Part shown: positions 10,366 to 22,559 of the stretch, piece after piece
Numbering within the stretch: position 1 is the stretch's first letter
How the letters are laid out: each line of letters starts with the position of its first letter
Source: Bacteroidetes bacterium OLB12
GTDB taxonomy: Bacteria > Bacteroidota > Bacteroidia > Cytophagales > Cyclobacteriaceae
NCBI GenBank assembly: GCA_001567185.1
Contig: LNFR01000066.1
Span: forward strand, 2,138 to 66,137
Length of the DNA stretch: 64,000 nucleotides
Direction of reading: 5' to 3'
Program-made: the position numbers and the translations under genes
The notes under the pieces: generated by a model
Databases searched by the model: none
The model's input: the letters and a program-made list of their open reading frames with translations, nothing else
What the model was told of the DNA's origin: nothing

Positions 10366-12273
10366 TTATGTCTTGTTCACAAAGACTATTTTAGCCTGGT
10401 CTGCTTTGTTCACATTTTTGTAGAATTCCTGAAACTCCGTGTATGATTCAGCAGGAAATTCGCCCTTGTTCATCTTTATCCTACGGATATAAATAACCTT
10501 ACCCTGATCCAGTTGGTAAGACGCTTCATATTCACCAAACCTGGATTTGATTTTTACCGGCTCAGGAACAAACTCCGGATAAATGATTTCGGGAATCGTG
10601 TACTCAATAGTGTCTATATCAAGGTAGGGCGTACGAAGCACAATATTGGTGTTGCGTTTTTCAAGTTTCTCAGGAATATAACCCATTCGGTTCATCAGGT
10701 TTGGAGTGAGAAAAATCCGCTTACCATTTACGGTAGCTAATCGGTTAAGGGTGTACTCTACTTCCACCTCAGCCGAAGGAATTTTATTCTTATTATTCTT
10801 GAATGAAAACTTTCCCACATCGAAGCTTGGAATTTGAGTGTTGTTCTGAATCCACTTTTTATGGTCGTCTGCTTGTTTGTTTATTACAGCGTCCAGGCTA
10901 TTATTTTCGTATTGTAATCCGGCATACACAGTTTTTACTGAGGCTTTTGCGTTCCCATTCAAATCCAGGTTAACGGATGCTTTTCGCATTTGGGTGTTAA
11001 CTTCAGCGTGGTAGGCTGGTGTTCTTACAACCTTTCCTCCTTGCTCGGTTATCATTAATGCATAGCGGTTTCCGGTAAAGCTTCCCATCCAGCCAAATGG
11101 ATTGGTTTGACTGGTACACTCCAGCCAAAGCGTGTCGGCTCCGTTTGGTACGGCTGCAATAACATGGTTAAACTGCGAACTGGGGAAATCTATTTTCATC
11201 TCCGGCTGATTGTCTCCGGCATTAATCAGAACATAGTTGGCCTTAATTCCTGCGGCTGCAAGCATAGCAACGGTATAATTCGAAAGCGCCTTACAATCGC
11301 CATAACCGGTGTTATCAACAACAGAGGCTTCAAAAGGTTGATGACCGCCAATACCTAACTGAATACTTACATAGCGTGTTTTATTTTGCATGTAGTTATA
11401 CACGGCCTTCACCTTTTCCTCGGTTGAGTTTAGCGGTGCGGTTAGTTGTTTTATTTTTTGAACAGTTTCGGCAGGCAGTACATCTCTTCCTTTATTGAGG
11501 GAGCTTATCCACTGGCCAAATGAGTCCCAGCTATTCATAGTGCCTTCATATCCTTCGTATGAAAAGGAGGAGGGAGCAACTGAAATTCTTGCGACCAGGT
11601 CTTCGCGCAACGGACCGTTTAGTTCGAACTGAAGCGGAGAAATGTTTTCAAAACTCCAGGTTAATGACTCCTGGCCATCGGATGTTTTTTTGCGGCTAAC
11701 TTCCTGGCTTACATTTTGTGTTTGGTAGCGAGGTTCAAGTTCTTTTGGAAAGATCAATGTGTAGGAAGATTTTTCCAATGAAACTTTTTCGGAATACAAT
11801 GGTATATAGGAGGGAATAAAGAACAAAGATTTGTATTCAATTTCATACTCAAACTCTACGGTATAGGGGTAAACATTTTGAGTAACATCTGCGACTTTAA
11901 TCCGGTTATCGCTGTAAAGGCTGAATCCGTCAAAGGCGCTTTGATCATAGATGTCTGAATTTTTTAGCTTCTTAATCTGCTTACCCAAGGCATCATAGGC
12001 GGTGGCATTAAACCGGTTAATTTTTGAAAGTTTGTCGTACGGAACTACTTCAGAAGCAAAACGTCTTCCTTTATCATTCAGAATGGTGTATGCAGATTTG
12101 ACAGAATAAATTGCCCTGCTTTTTGAGATAATTTTAAAAATCATCTCCTCATGACGAATAACCACATTTGCGTTTTCCTTCAACGCGGCCGGTATTAACA
12201 TTACCGGATATTTAGGATCGGCACCATAGGCAGTAAGATTAATTATCGCACATAAAAGAAAAGCCAGTCTCAT
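10366..12273 (-). CDS. DUF3857 + transglutaminase-like domain protein, catalytic Cys retained
   Basis: Signal peptide, DUF3857-type N-terminus, GYGDCKALS and QFNHVI. Confidence 0.85.
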   Translation of the reverse strand: MRLAFLLCAIINLTAYGADPKYPVMLIPAALKENANVVIRHEEMIFKIISKSRAIYSVKSAYTILNDKGRRFASEVVPYDKLSKINRFNATAYDALGKQIKKLKNSDIYDQSAFDGFSLYSDNRIKVADVTQNVYPYTVEFEYEIEYKSLFFIPSYIPLYSEKVSLEKSSYTLIFPKELEPRYQTQNVSQEVSRKKTSDGQESLTWSFENISPLQFELNGPLREDLVARISVAPSSFSYEGYEGTMNSWDSFGQWISSLNKGRDVLPAETVQKIKQLTAPLNSTEEKVKAVYNYMQNKTRYVSIQLGIGGHQPFEASVVDNTGYGDCKALSNYTVAMLAAAGIKANYVLINAGDNQPEMKIDFPSSQFNHVIAAVPNGADTLWLECTSQTNPFGWMGSFTGNRYALMITEQGGKVVRTPAYHAEVNTQMRKASVNLDLNGNAKASVKTVYAGLQYENNSLDAVINKQADDHKKWIQNNTQIPSFDVGKFSFKNNKNKIPSAEVEVEYTLNRLATVNGKRIFLTPNLMNRMGYIPEKLEKRNTNIVLRTPYLDIDTIEYTIPEIIYPEFVPEPVKIKSRFGEYEASYQLDQGKVIYIRRIKMNKGEFPAESYTEFQEFYKNVNKADQAKIVFVNKT

Positions 12274-12297
12274 ATAATGAATAGTTATGTCTAAAAA

Positions 12298-14237
12298 TTA
12301 ACCCTTCTTTAAAACTATTTGTTCAGCTTGTTTGGCAACTACCTGATTATAAAATTCCCGTAATACGGCATAATCTGCTTGATTAAAGAGCGTACGGTTT
12401 ATAGCAAAAATACTAGTGAGAATAATGGCTCCATTGCTATACGATATATTATACATATACCGACCTCCGTTTTGTGGTAGTGCAATTACTTTGCTTTGTG
12501 GCATTTCGTCAACCGTATAACCTCGGGTATAGTTAGTTTAAACATGTAAACAGTTTCTGAAGGCACACCATAATCGATAGGAAAGGTACGGGTATCGTGT
12601 TTGAACGGGTTTTGTTTTAGCTGGTTTGTAACAAAAGGATTAATATAAATAATATCGCCCGCTGCGGAGGCATGATCCGGTATGGTAATAGTATGCACCT
12701 GGCGTACCGGTTTATTTAAATCGTGCAAATCGGCATACTCTGATTTAGTTGCCTCCCACCGTTTTGCTTCGAGAAAATTTTTTGTGAATTCTTTTTCGCC
12801 ACTGGCATGGTATTCTGTTCGTGTGCTGCGGGCATTGTATCCTTCATCTGAAATAGTAACCGTACCCGTGATTTCAGCATCACCTGCTATTTTCAGGTCT
12901 GCATTGATGGTGCTTTTTGCCTTCACTTTGGTTTCGATCGGAATCCATCCATGATTTGTCTTGGAGATCACCAGCCCTTGTCCATTCAAACACCGCTCAG
13001 GAATAACGGTGTAGGGTAAATATTTTTCGGTTGCATCAAGCAGCAGCACTTTATCCTGAATACGTGCTGCACAGATTACGTAATTAAACTGCTGCGTCAT
13101 GGGGTAAGCTTGCCGGATAAAGCCATGGCTTCGGGTGCTTAATAAAACCATATCCACGGGAATACCAGCTTTGTCTAACATAGAAGCCAGTAGTACATTG
13201 ATGTCTCCGGAAGTGCCTTTCTTTTTTTCCAAAATTTTCTTCAAATCCCCGGGGTAATAATCCTCCGTGCCATCCCACGCTACATTTTCTTTTACGTAGC
13301 GATGGATTGCTTCAATCTTTTGAAGTGGATCTGTAACACCCGCAGTAACTTTGGCGGTAGCCTCTTTCAAAAATCCAGACTTTTCGATTACACGTCCAAA
13401 GTCTTCGTCCTCGGTTAGTTCTTTGTTAAGTTTTGCCCAGGAGCCCATGATTTCCTGTACGGGCATACCCGGAAAAGTAACATAAGACAATGCGAAATTT
13501 ATTCTTGAAACAAAGTCTTCTTTTGAAGTCATGAATGGTTCTTCCTTAAAAGCGGGAGCATCTTTAACCACCCAATGATGGGCATTCACAGCAGTACCTG
13601 CCATATTCATCGGCTTCACCTCGTTCACGGAAACAGTCAGGTACCCTTGCATATACTTTTCGTAGTGAAAAAACTCAGGTATCATAGCCCAGTATTCACT
13701 CCAAATAGTTGGAATGGTGCGTTGAAATTCCCAGCTAGGAAAATAAGTCCAGAAATCGGAAGAGACATTATAGGCGTACTCAATCACGGATCCTTCTTTT
13801 ACATCGGGCATAGTAAATTTCTGCTGAATGAAGTTACGGTTGAATTTGTCTCTAAACACCGCGTCTTTATTCATTTTTGATTCAACTATTTTTCCATCCG
13901 CCAAATTGTAGGTGGTGGCTTTTAGTGAGGTTACAAGTTCTCCCGTGCTTCCTGATTTACGGAGAAGAATAGCCACATCGCCCCACTTCATACCTTCTTT
14001 GGTTAGAATTTTTATGCGCACATGGCGTGTTGTGGTCATCTTCACACTGGAAGACATAATATTTATATATGCTTCACCGTAATCCGCCAACACCACGGCT
14101 GCTGCTGAGGAATCTTTGGAATAACGGGTCATTTTTAAATCTTCAATCGGCACGTCACCAAATTTGATGGGAGATTTTTGTGCGTATAGGTTGCCCGTAA
14201 AGAATACGAGAAAGATAAGCGGGAACAGAAGTTTCAT
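12298..14237 (-). CDS. DUF3857 + transglutaminase-like (DUF3858) protein, catalytic residues degenerate; one base missing near 12521
   Basis: KKGTSGDINVLL and QFNYVI. Adding one G gives TIPEGYTVDEMPQSK and joins the 12298-12504 ORF. Confidence 0.82.
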
Positions 14238-14337
14238 AAATTGAGATTTGCCTACCTGTAAGATAACTACAATTTTCCAAACCCAGAGATAAGCCTAAAG
14301 AAGTTTTAAAGTAAATTGCCACCTAATTTTTAATTGG

Positions 14338-15729
14338 GTGGCAAAATCAAAAACCCTTTTCTTCTGCCAAAGTTGTGGTTATGAATCGGCCAAGTGGTTA
14401 GGCAAATGCCCTTCGTGCAATTCGTGGAATAGTTTTGTGGAGGAGGTCGTTTCAAAAAGTGAAACGGATCGAAACACCTGGCGGCAGGATTCTTCAAAAA
14501 CGAAACTAAACAAACCCAAAACACTCAGCGAAATTACCTCATCGGCCGAGGTGAGAATAACTACCCCCGATACAGAACTGAACCGGGTACTGGGTGGTGG
14601 AATTGTTCCGGGGTCGCTCATCTTAATTGGTGGTGAGCCGGGTATTGGCAAATCAACGTTAATGCTACAGGTAGCGCTTTCGTTGGCGAAAGCAAAAGTT
14701 TTGTATGTATCGGGCGAAGAAAGCGAGCAGCAAATAAAAATGCGGGCCGAGCGCCTGACCGGAAAATCAAAAGCCACACATGAAAATTTCTACATGTTGG
14801 CCGAGACGGAAACGCGCAACATTTTTCAGGCAGTAGAAACCCTGCAACCGGGGTTATTGATTGTAGATTCAATTCAAACATTGCATTCGCATATGCTGGA
14901 TAGCGCTGCGGGTAGTGTGGGGCAGGTGCGCCAGTGTGCGGCAGAATTGATGAAGTTTGCAAAAGAAACAAACACCCCGGTATTTCTGGTGGGGCACATT
15001 ACGAAAGACGGATCGCTGGCTGGCCCAAAAGTGCTGGAGCACATGGTGGATACGGTGCTTCAGTTTGAAGGCGACCGGCATCTTGCCTATCGAATTTTGC
15101 GTACTACGAAAAACAGATTTGGCTCAACTTCTGAAATAGGCATTTATGAAATGTTGGGTAGTGGTTTGCGCGAGGTAAATAATCCTTCTGAAATTTTAAT
15201 TTCACAGAAAGACGGACAATTGAGTGGTGCTACCATTGGTGCTACCATTGAAGGCAACCGGCCGCTGTTAATTGAAATACAATCCCTGGTAAGCCCGGCA
15301 TCGTATGGAACGCCACAACGGACACCAACTGGTTTTGATCAAAAGCGATTGAACATGTTGTTGGCTGTGTTGGAAAAGCGGTGTGGGTTTCGGGTGGGCA
15401 CGCAAGATGTTTTTGTAAACATGGCCGGTGGAATTTATGTAGAAGATCCCGCTATAGATCTTGCGCTTTGTGTATCGATCATTTCATCGATGGAAGAAGT
15501 TCCGGTTAGCGACAAGATCTGTTTTGCGGCCGAAATTGGGTTGGGGGGCGAGTTGCGGCGCAGTTAACCGGATAGACCAGCGCATCAGCGAAGCGGAAAA
15601 ATTAGGGTTTGAAGAAATTTTACATTTCAAAGTATAGCAAAAAAATCGCTCGATTTATCGAAAGCAAAAATCATAGTGAAGTCGTTTGGAAAACTGAGAG
15701 ATGTTTTTGCTGAGTTGATGGGGAGTTGA
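14338..15729 (+). CDS. radA: DNA repair protein RadA/Sms; three +1 indels in the last 170 nt
   Basis: CQSC...CPSC Zn finger, GGEPGIGKST, KNRFG. Removing single bases near 15558, 15620 and 15640 restores GELRAVNRIDQRISEAEKLGFEEIYISKY to TGA 15729. Confidence 0.95.
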
Positions 15730-15733
15730 GTTT

Positions 15734-18700
15734 TTATTTAATGTGAATTTGTTTGGGAGTCTCTTGTCCATAAACTGTCGGGAAATACATCCACTCGGCA
15801 CGGGCCGGATTAAGGGTGTACTTGCCCGTAAAGCGGGGCACCAGCGGGATGGTATAAAAATATTCTCCCGCCTTTAGGGACTTGCAGAAAATGGTAGTTT
15901 GGTGATAATCGTATTGCCTGTGTACTTCTCCGTTTGTACGATTTTGATTTTTATTCTCATAACTGCAACCGGCTGGTATTGGTATGTTTAACAATAAATA
16001 TTCTGTATCTTTTTTTACGATAAGCTTTACAGTAAGACTTACCGGCTTGCCAGCAATTAGCTGTGTTGTGCTATCCTGAAAGTAAGAACTAACCACAAAA
16101 TCTTTGTCTATTCGTTTGGGGCTCGCATTCCAGAATTCTCGGTACGCTGTAAGATAGACCGGGGCAATACCAATTTTTTTGTACTGTAAGGGATCCGTTT
16201 ACCTGCACAATGGTGTCATAAGGGAACTTTGTTATGGTTTTGTTCATCAAAGTCAACTCAGTTTTTGTATAGTTAGCGGTAAGCGAAATTAAATCAGGGA
16301 GCAATGTTTCAATAATGGATGCGGACTCGAATGTGTTTCGCCAGGAATGTGTGCGGGCTTCTAAAAAGAAATTTCTAATTCGCTGTAACTCGGTATTGCT
16401 TGCCTTCTCATTTTTTAAGAGTCGATAGGCAATCAGGGTTGACATTATGGCATTGTCAAAAAGATGAAGCGCATCGGTACCCCAGTAATAATTTCCTTTA
16501 ACTGTTTCATTCCTAAAGTCACTCAGCCAGGTTTTATCATAGGGTAGGTTGGCGTGTTGCATTAATTCTGCTAATCGCAGGCGACTGTAAACAGACAAAT
16601 CGGTTTTTATAAGTGAATCATATAGAGGCTGCACGTTTACCTTTATATTGTGCGTTACTAAAAATTGCATTGGCAAAATCTGCTCCCGCAAGGGTAATTG
16701 AAGTAATCCCGACTGCAAAAAGGTCAATACTCCTTCCTTGTTATAGATGGTTTTAAAGCCTTCCTTTTCGGCTAACTCAAGCCCGTGCACTACATGTAAG
16801 GTAATCCACATCAATCCTTCGCTTTGATTCCACCATCCCCACCCGCCATCTTTGTGTTGATTTTCCGATAGCTTTTTGATGATGCGCTTTACGCGATCCT
16901 CCTGTTTAAATTTTTCCTTTCGGAATTCCGCAATTTTCTTTTCGGCCAGTAGTACCTGCAACTTAGAGGCAAGTTGTTCATTGCAATCGTAAGGGTAGTT
17001 TTTTACAGACTCAATTTCATTCAGTACCACGTCCAGTATATCGGATTGTGCATAGATGCGAAGACTACCCGGTTTGAGAGCAATTGTTATGATCGTATCG
17101 TTTGGTAGCGCCACAAAAAGACCATCAGCATCTTTCACCCCCCTTTTGAATACAGGAATTGTTCGACTCTCACCATCTTCATACTCTTTTTGTTTAATGG
17201 CATATTTCAAATGAATAGAATCCGGGCTGGATGCGAATAGAATTAAGGAATCAACGTGCGAATTGGTTATTTGCAAATCAATGTTGGTTAAGTTACCCTC
17301 AACTTCAATGGTTCGGATAATCGAAAGCGTATCGGTTGTATAGTTAGTAATCTTGCCAATTGCATTGGTGTTATCGCCTTCAACAAGAAAGTGTGGTGTT
17401 GCCACCTGAGCAAGCAAAGGCTTATATGATTGTACTTGCGAGGAAGCCAAACCGCTTCGCTTCTTTGAGGCCATTACAAGGGCTTCAATTTTCCAACCAG
17501 TTATATCATCTGGAAATGTTGCTATAAATTTTGCCTTCCCGTCCTTGTTGGTTGTTAACCGGGGCTGCCAAAAAGCATAATCACGGAAATTCTTACGAAT
17601 ACTATTGCCTGGTAAAACTCCTTCGGGCATGCTTGCCATTGGTGTACCGGGCAGGGGCATAGCCAATAATTGGTTTAGTGTAGTCTTTTGCTTTGACGAA
17701 AGAATGATAACCCCACCGGAGGCCCTTGACCCATATAATGCAACAGCGGCCTTATTATCCAAAACCTCGATTGCGGTAATTGCGTTGGGGTCCATGTTTC
17801 GATAGGTCTGAGCATCAATGATTATTCCATCCAGCACAATTATGGGTGTGTGGCCACTATCAAGCGTTGATACTCCCCGCAGATAAATATGTTGGTTATT
17901 GCCAGGTTTCCACTAACCTGAATGCCAGCAAGGCGGCCCTGTAACAGATTGGATTGAACGGTAACAGAACCTGAAAGACTCATTTTTCTTTGAGCTGCAA
18001 AACCAACTACTACCACCTCACTCAGTTGAGTCACATCTGCCGTAAGTTCAACGTCTACTTCATTTCTGTTATTCGTGTTAATTTCTTCGGTCTTAAGTCC
18101 AATAAATGAAAACACCAATGTGCCCCCTGCTGGTACGGTAAGATAATATTCACCATTTGTATCGGTAACAGTACCGTAAATTGTTCCTTTCACAATTACA
18201 TTAACACCGGGCAGGGGCATTCCATCTTCGGAAGAGTAAACACGACCTCTAACCAGGGTTCCGTGATAGGGGTAGCTTTGATTACGTTGATAGTAGGACG
18301 TGCGCACTTCGTTCATTTCTATTCTGCGCTGCTGTTCTATATAGGTAGTTTTAGCGTCCCATTTTTTTAAAGTATTATAGAGTTTTTCTGAAAATGTATC
18401 TTGTATTTGAAGTGAATCAAAATTGAATTTAATGAGAGTCTGTCCGAATGGTTTAAGAAAAAAACTTCCCGAGCGCAAATACTGCCCATCATTCATTAAC
18501 AAAACCACTTCATAATGGGCAGCCCCTAATTGAGCAAATTCAAGATTGCTTGCCGGATATATGGAATATTGATCAGGGCTATCGAGATTTATTAGAAAGG
18601 TGGCGAGGTGAGTTTTTGGTTTTGAGGAAGGTATGAGAGCAAGTGAAAGGGCTCCGGCTGGCTTGTTTATAAAGTGCTCAATTGGGTATCTGGCAAATCG

Positions 18701-21529
18701 CGGATTTTTAATAGCCGAAAAATCTGACCACCGTTTCTCTATTTCTGATTTGGTCAAAACCCGATCATCAAATGAGGGAGAAAAATTTAAGCGATAGTTT
18801 TGACTTTTTAGAATGGGGGCGGTTATTGAACGTTGCCTGATTAAGCCGGGTAAAAACCGATAGGAATAGAAGGGCTCAAAGTTGAAGGTTAATGCGGTAG
18901 TATCTGCTGAAAAGAATTGTGTTAACTGAGGATGAAGCGGACCAACAATTTCGGGTTGTGGATACCCCCGCCCCGGGGATGGGTTAAATAAAAAGTAGTT
19001 GTTGTTTTGCATAATGTATGCCAGAGCCTGTTTTTCAGATCGTTCAACCGTAATAAAATATTTGCTTAGGGTGTTGGCTTCACGCGCCAGGTCTTCCTTC
19101 GTTAGTTCTGTTTTTAATACGTTAGTCGGTAAATGGTTTAGATCCAACGATATAATCTGCTTATGATTCTTCTTTACCTCAACTGAAAAGGATATGGCAT
19201 AATTGCGTACACGTATTTGTACACGGTGGTTACCCGAATCAATCCTGAATGAATAAGGCTGAATGGTGTTCGCTGACAAATGAAAAACAGGTGTATTATC
19301 TATATAAATTACATGAGGCATAAGCACCAACCCGTTTTCAATTAAAAATGGTGCTATTTGTGTGATCGAGTCTGTGTTGGGTTTACTAAACTCATATTGG
19401 CCATTAGCGGGATATAAAAATTGATAGAAGGAAATACTGTCGAGTCCAAGGGTTTTATGCCAGAGTAACCAATCTAGTTTTGTTACATTCAGGGTTTCAA
19501 ATTCACCCTTACTAAAGGCATTAAAAAACAGCCTGCCATTTTGCTTGCGCGGATACGTGGGAACCTGAGCAACACCTCCTTGCTTAAATTTTTTGGTATA
19601 TGCGAGGGCTGTAACATCGGCATCGTTTACCGGATTGCCGTTCACATCCGAAACATTAACTGTAAATTCAGAAGTTTGACCCGGATATACCAAGGGTGCG
19701 TGAGCAATTGAAATATTAAGTTGACGATCGTTAAAATCTACAGTATAGTTTTCGTTTTTAGAAACACCTGCCCACACGTATTGAATCGAAATAGTAAATA
19801 GTTCTCTTGTTTGTGATTTACCTGTAAAAATCGTTGCTGACTCATCCGTACTGCCCCGATCAATTTGGTTACGATTTTTAAAGATCTGATAATGAACCGG
19901 AATTTTGCGCGGGTTACTGATTGTAATTGAAATAGAATCCTTTGTTCGTGTTGATAATACTTCGAGCTTATCGTATTCAGCCATTTCCAGAAATTCCCAG
20001 GAGGTTGACATGCCGGCTTCATATTCTTTAATGAAAGGGTTGATTTTTTCGTGATAGGGAAGTTGAATTTGTTTGGTAAATATTTCCTCATCATCCCAAC
20101 CTAATGCAGTTAGCTCAGCTGAATCGGTTAAAGCCCCGGCCGTAACCCAAATGCTATCATTTTTTATTTCAAACCGAACTGGAGGTTTATTAAAATTGTA
20201 TTGTAGAATAAGTTCTTTGGTTTGGCGTTCGTTGTCTGCGTTTAAAAAGGCAACAACTGCTTTATAAGTAAGATCAGCCTTCGGAAAAATAGAATCAGGT
20301 AATACAATTTTTGTTTCACCGACTACATCTAACTTGATTTTGTGAAACCAAAGTGTATCAGGAACAAATACCTGGGTTTGATAGATCGTATTCACATGCT
20401 TCGGCATAACAAGCACTTCTGCCTGCACATCGTACAGGGGCATATCATTTGAATCAGTGCCTTTCAGGTAAAGAATACCTCCCTTTTCCTTTCTATTGTT
20501 TTCAGATCGTGCCAGAAACTGATTGGCTTTGAGTTCGTATTGCTCGTACCGAAATGATTTTGACTCAACAATTTTATTTCGATGCTCAAAAGAAATAGTT
20601 GGATTTGTATCTAACGAGAGATTTAAGCTATCAGTAAGCACCACTTCATGAACAAACCCTCCTGTACGATATGGGTTTATATGGCCAAGCTTTACATTTA
20701 CGGGGTTATGTCCATAAGCATACAGGCGCAGATCAAGAGTTTTAGAAATTGGCTTTCCTCGCTTATTGGTGAAAAATGCCTTTATGCGTAACGTATCTCC
20801 TGGTTTAAATATTGGCTTGTTGAATACGATGTAGCCTTTCCAATCTTTTTCGTACTTAGGCTCAATCCATTGCTTTGCCTTGTAATAAATTCCAGGCGCA
20901 GAAACACCATACCCCTTTACAAGATTTTTAACGGTGCGCACAGGATAAACGATAACTGAGGCAATGTGATTAATGGGAAATGTTCCTAATATTCTTTTTC
21001 CGGATCGTACAAAAAGGGTGTTGTTTCTTTGTCTTTCAATTTGGAAGTAAGCGGTATGACCATTGACTGTTACAGACAATAGGCCTCGTTTGTTTGATTT
21101 TTGATCAACATAAGCGTTGTCTTTATTATTAAAGGCTATTGGTTGATTTCGGATTTTAACTTGTGCGTTGTTAATTCTGTTTCCGCTTTGATCGCTGATT
21201 GTAAAAATAAAATCGCGTTGATTAGATAAGAGCGTTAAGTTCGTATTGTTAATAGAAACCAGTTCATAGTGCAACTTGCCCTCAATCGTTTTTACTTCCA
21301 GATAATGCCCAACGGGTAATTTATCCTGAAACCGGGCTGAATCAGACGGATAAAGTGTAAATAACGAATGACAAAATGCCTGTGTAGGTTGACGGTTTTT
21401 GTAAAGAGCCTCAGCTTCGGCATTGGTTACTTTATATACAAACGTGTAATAGCTACTTCGCCTACTTGTGGGTAGGTCTTGTGCGTACGAAATTGTTGTA
21501 GCAACAAGCAATAATAAAAGTAATCTCAT
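15734..21529 (-). CDS. Giant (~1930 aa) alpha-2-macroglobulin-family protein with an internal SusC-type N-terminal domain and TonB plug; split by two indels
   Basis: Signal peptide; MG-type IVFNKPIFKPGDT; RKNFRDYAFWQP..T..DG; thioester YPYDCNEQ; C-terminal LNIPIPAGC...YTLNPARAEWMYFP. Joined by adding one A near 17910 and removing one T at 16174-16180. Confidence 0.85.
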
Positions 21530-21543
21530 AATGATAGGTTAGG

Positions 21544-22443
21544 TTACCGAAAACCCTGCAACCCCTGCAACCCGCCCGTGTGTAAAACCAGTACCGTACT
21601 TCCACGCCTGAATTTTCCCCGTGCAATCATGTCCTGCACACCCCACATAAGTTTGGCTGTGTACACCGGATCAAGTGGCAACTTATGGCGGGCGGTTAGC
21701 TCATCCATAAAGGCAAACAACTGCGGGTTGGTTTTTGCATAGCCTCCGTGATGATAGGATGTTTCAATGGTCCAGTTTCCATAAACACGGCCAGAAAAAT
21801 TTTTCAACAGCTGGCTAACTTCATCACTAAGAAATGCTCCGTTTTTTAAAACGGAAATACCAATAATGTCATGGTGTTCATCCAACCCGCTGATGATTCC
21901 AGCTATTGTTCCACCGGTACCCACCGGCAAACAGATATAGTCGAAGGCTATTTCTGCTTTCAGCATGTGCGCAAACTCCTGCACACCACGAATGGCCAGT
22001 TGGTTTGTTCCGCCTTCCGGGATTAAATAAAAATCACCAAAGCGATCTTTTACTTGCTGAATAAATGCAACATCGTTTTTGTGGCGATATGCTTCGCGCG
22101 ATACATAATGCAATTGCATGCCTTTGCTTTTCGCGAAAGCAAGCGTGTGGTTGAGAGGAAGCGTTTCCTCTCCCCGAATTACTCCAATAGATTGAAACCC
22201 TAACTCGTACGCTGCAGCAGCAGTGGCATAGATGTGGTTGGAGTATGCTCCGCCAAAAGTGAGAATAGTGTTGTGACCGTGTTGCTGTGCAGCCTCCAGG
22301 TTGTACTTCAGTTTCCACCATTTATTGCCCGATAGGAAGGGATGATTCTGATCTTCGCGTTTGATGAGAAGCCGGATGCCGGAACGAATCGTTTCGGGGG
22401 TCGAGATTTCAACAATCGGAGTGTTGGTGTATGACAAGGGCAT
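21544..22443 (-). CDS. ACC deaminase / D-cysteine desulfhydrase family PLP enzyme
   Basis: SGNKWWKLKY, TFGGAYSNH, VGTGGT, LDPVYTAK, HTGGLQG. Start taken at ATG 22443. Confidence 0.92.
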   Translation of the reverse strand: MPLSYTNTPIVEISTPETIRSGIRLLIKREDQNHPFLSGNKWWKLKYNLEAAQQHGHNTILTFGGAYSNHIYATAAAAYELGFQSIGVIRGEETLPLNHTLAFAKSKGMQLHYVSREAYRHKNDVAFIQQVKDRFGDFYLIPEGGTNQLAIRGVQEFAHMLKAEIAFDYICLPVGTGGTIAGIISGLDEHHDIIGISVLKNGAFLSDEVSQLLKNFSGRVYGNWTIETSYHHGGYAKTNPQLFAFMDELTARHKLPLDPVYTAKLMWGVQDMIARGKFRRGSTVLVLHTGGLQGLQGFR

Positions 22444-22533
22444 AATCAAGGTAAGTACACTCAAATTCAATGGCATTTTACACTTTATTATTCTGTTACT
22501 AAAACCTCAATTTTTGACATGAAATCAAACAAA

Positions 22534-22550
22534 TACTAAATTATTTAGTA
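22534..22550. promoter_or_regulatory. Perfect 8-1-8 palindrome TACTAAAT-T-ATTTAGTA (CTAA-N5-TTAG), putative repressor operator
   Basis: Read directly. It overlaps the TACTTTGC -7 element (22549-22556) of the radical SAM gene. Confidence 0.65.
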
Positions 22551-22559
22551 CTTTGCCGT

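Noticed and set aside
15229-15252. Short tandem duplication GCTACCATTG in radA (GATIGATIE)
   Set aside because: It is in frame, has only two copies and fits normal RadA sequence at this position.
15734-21529. Three separate genes (1229, 582 and 120 aa)
   Set aside because: The breaks fall mid-domain (inside the plug and inside the A2M C-terminal region) at homopolymers, and single-base fixes restore continuous motifs.
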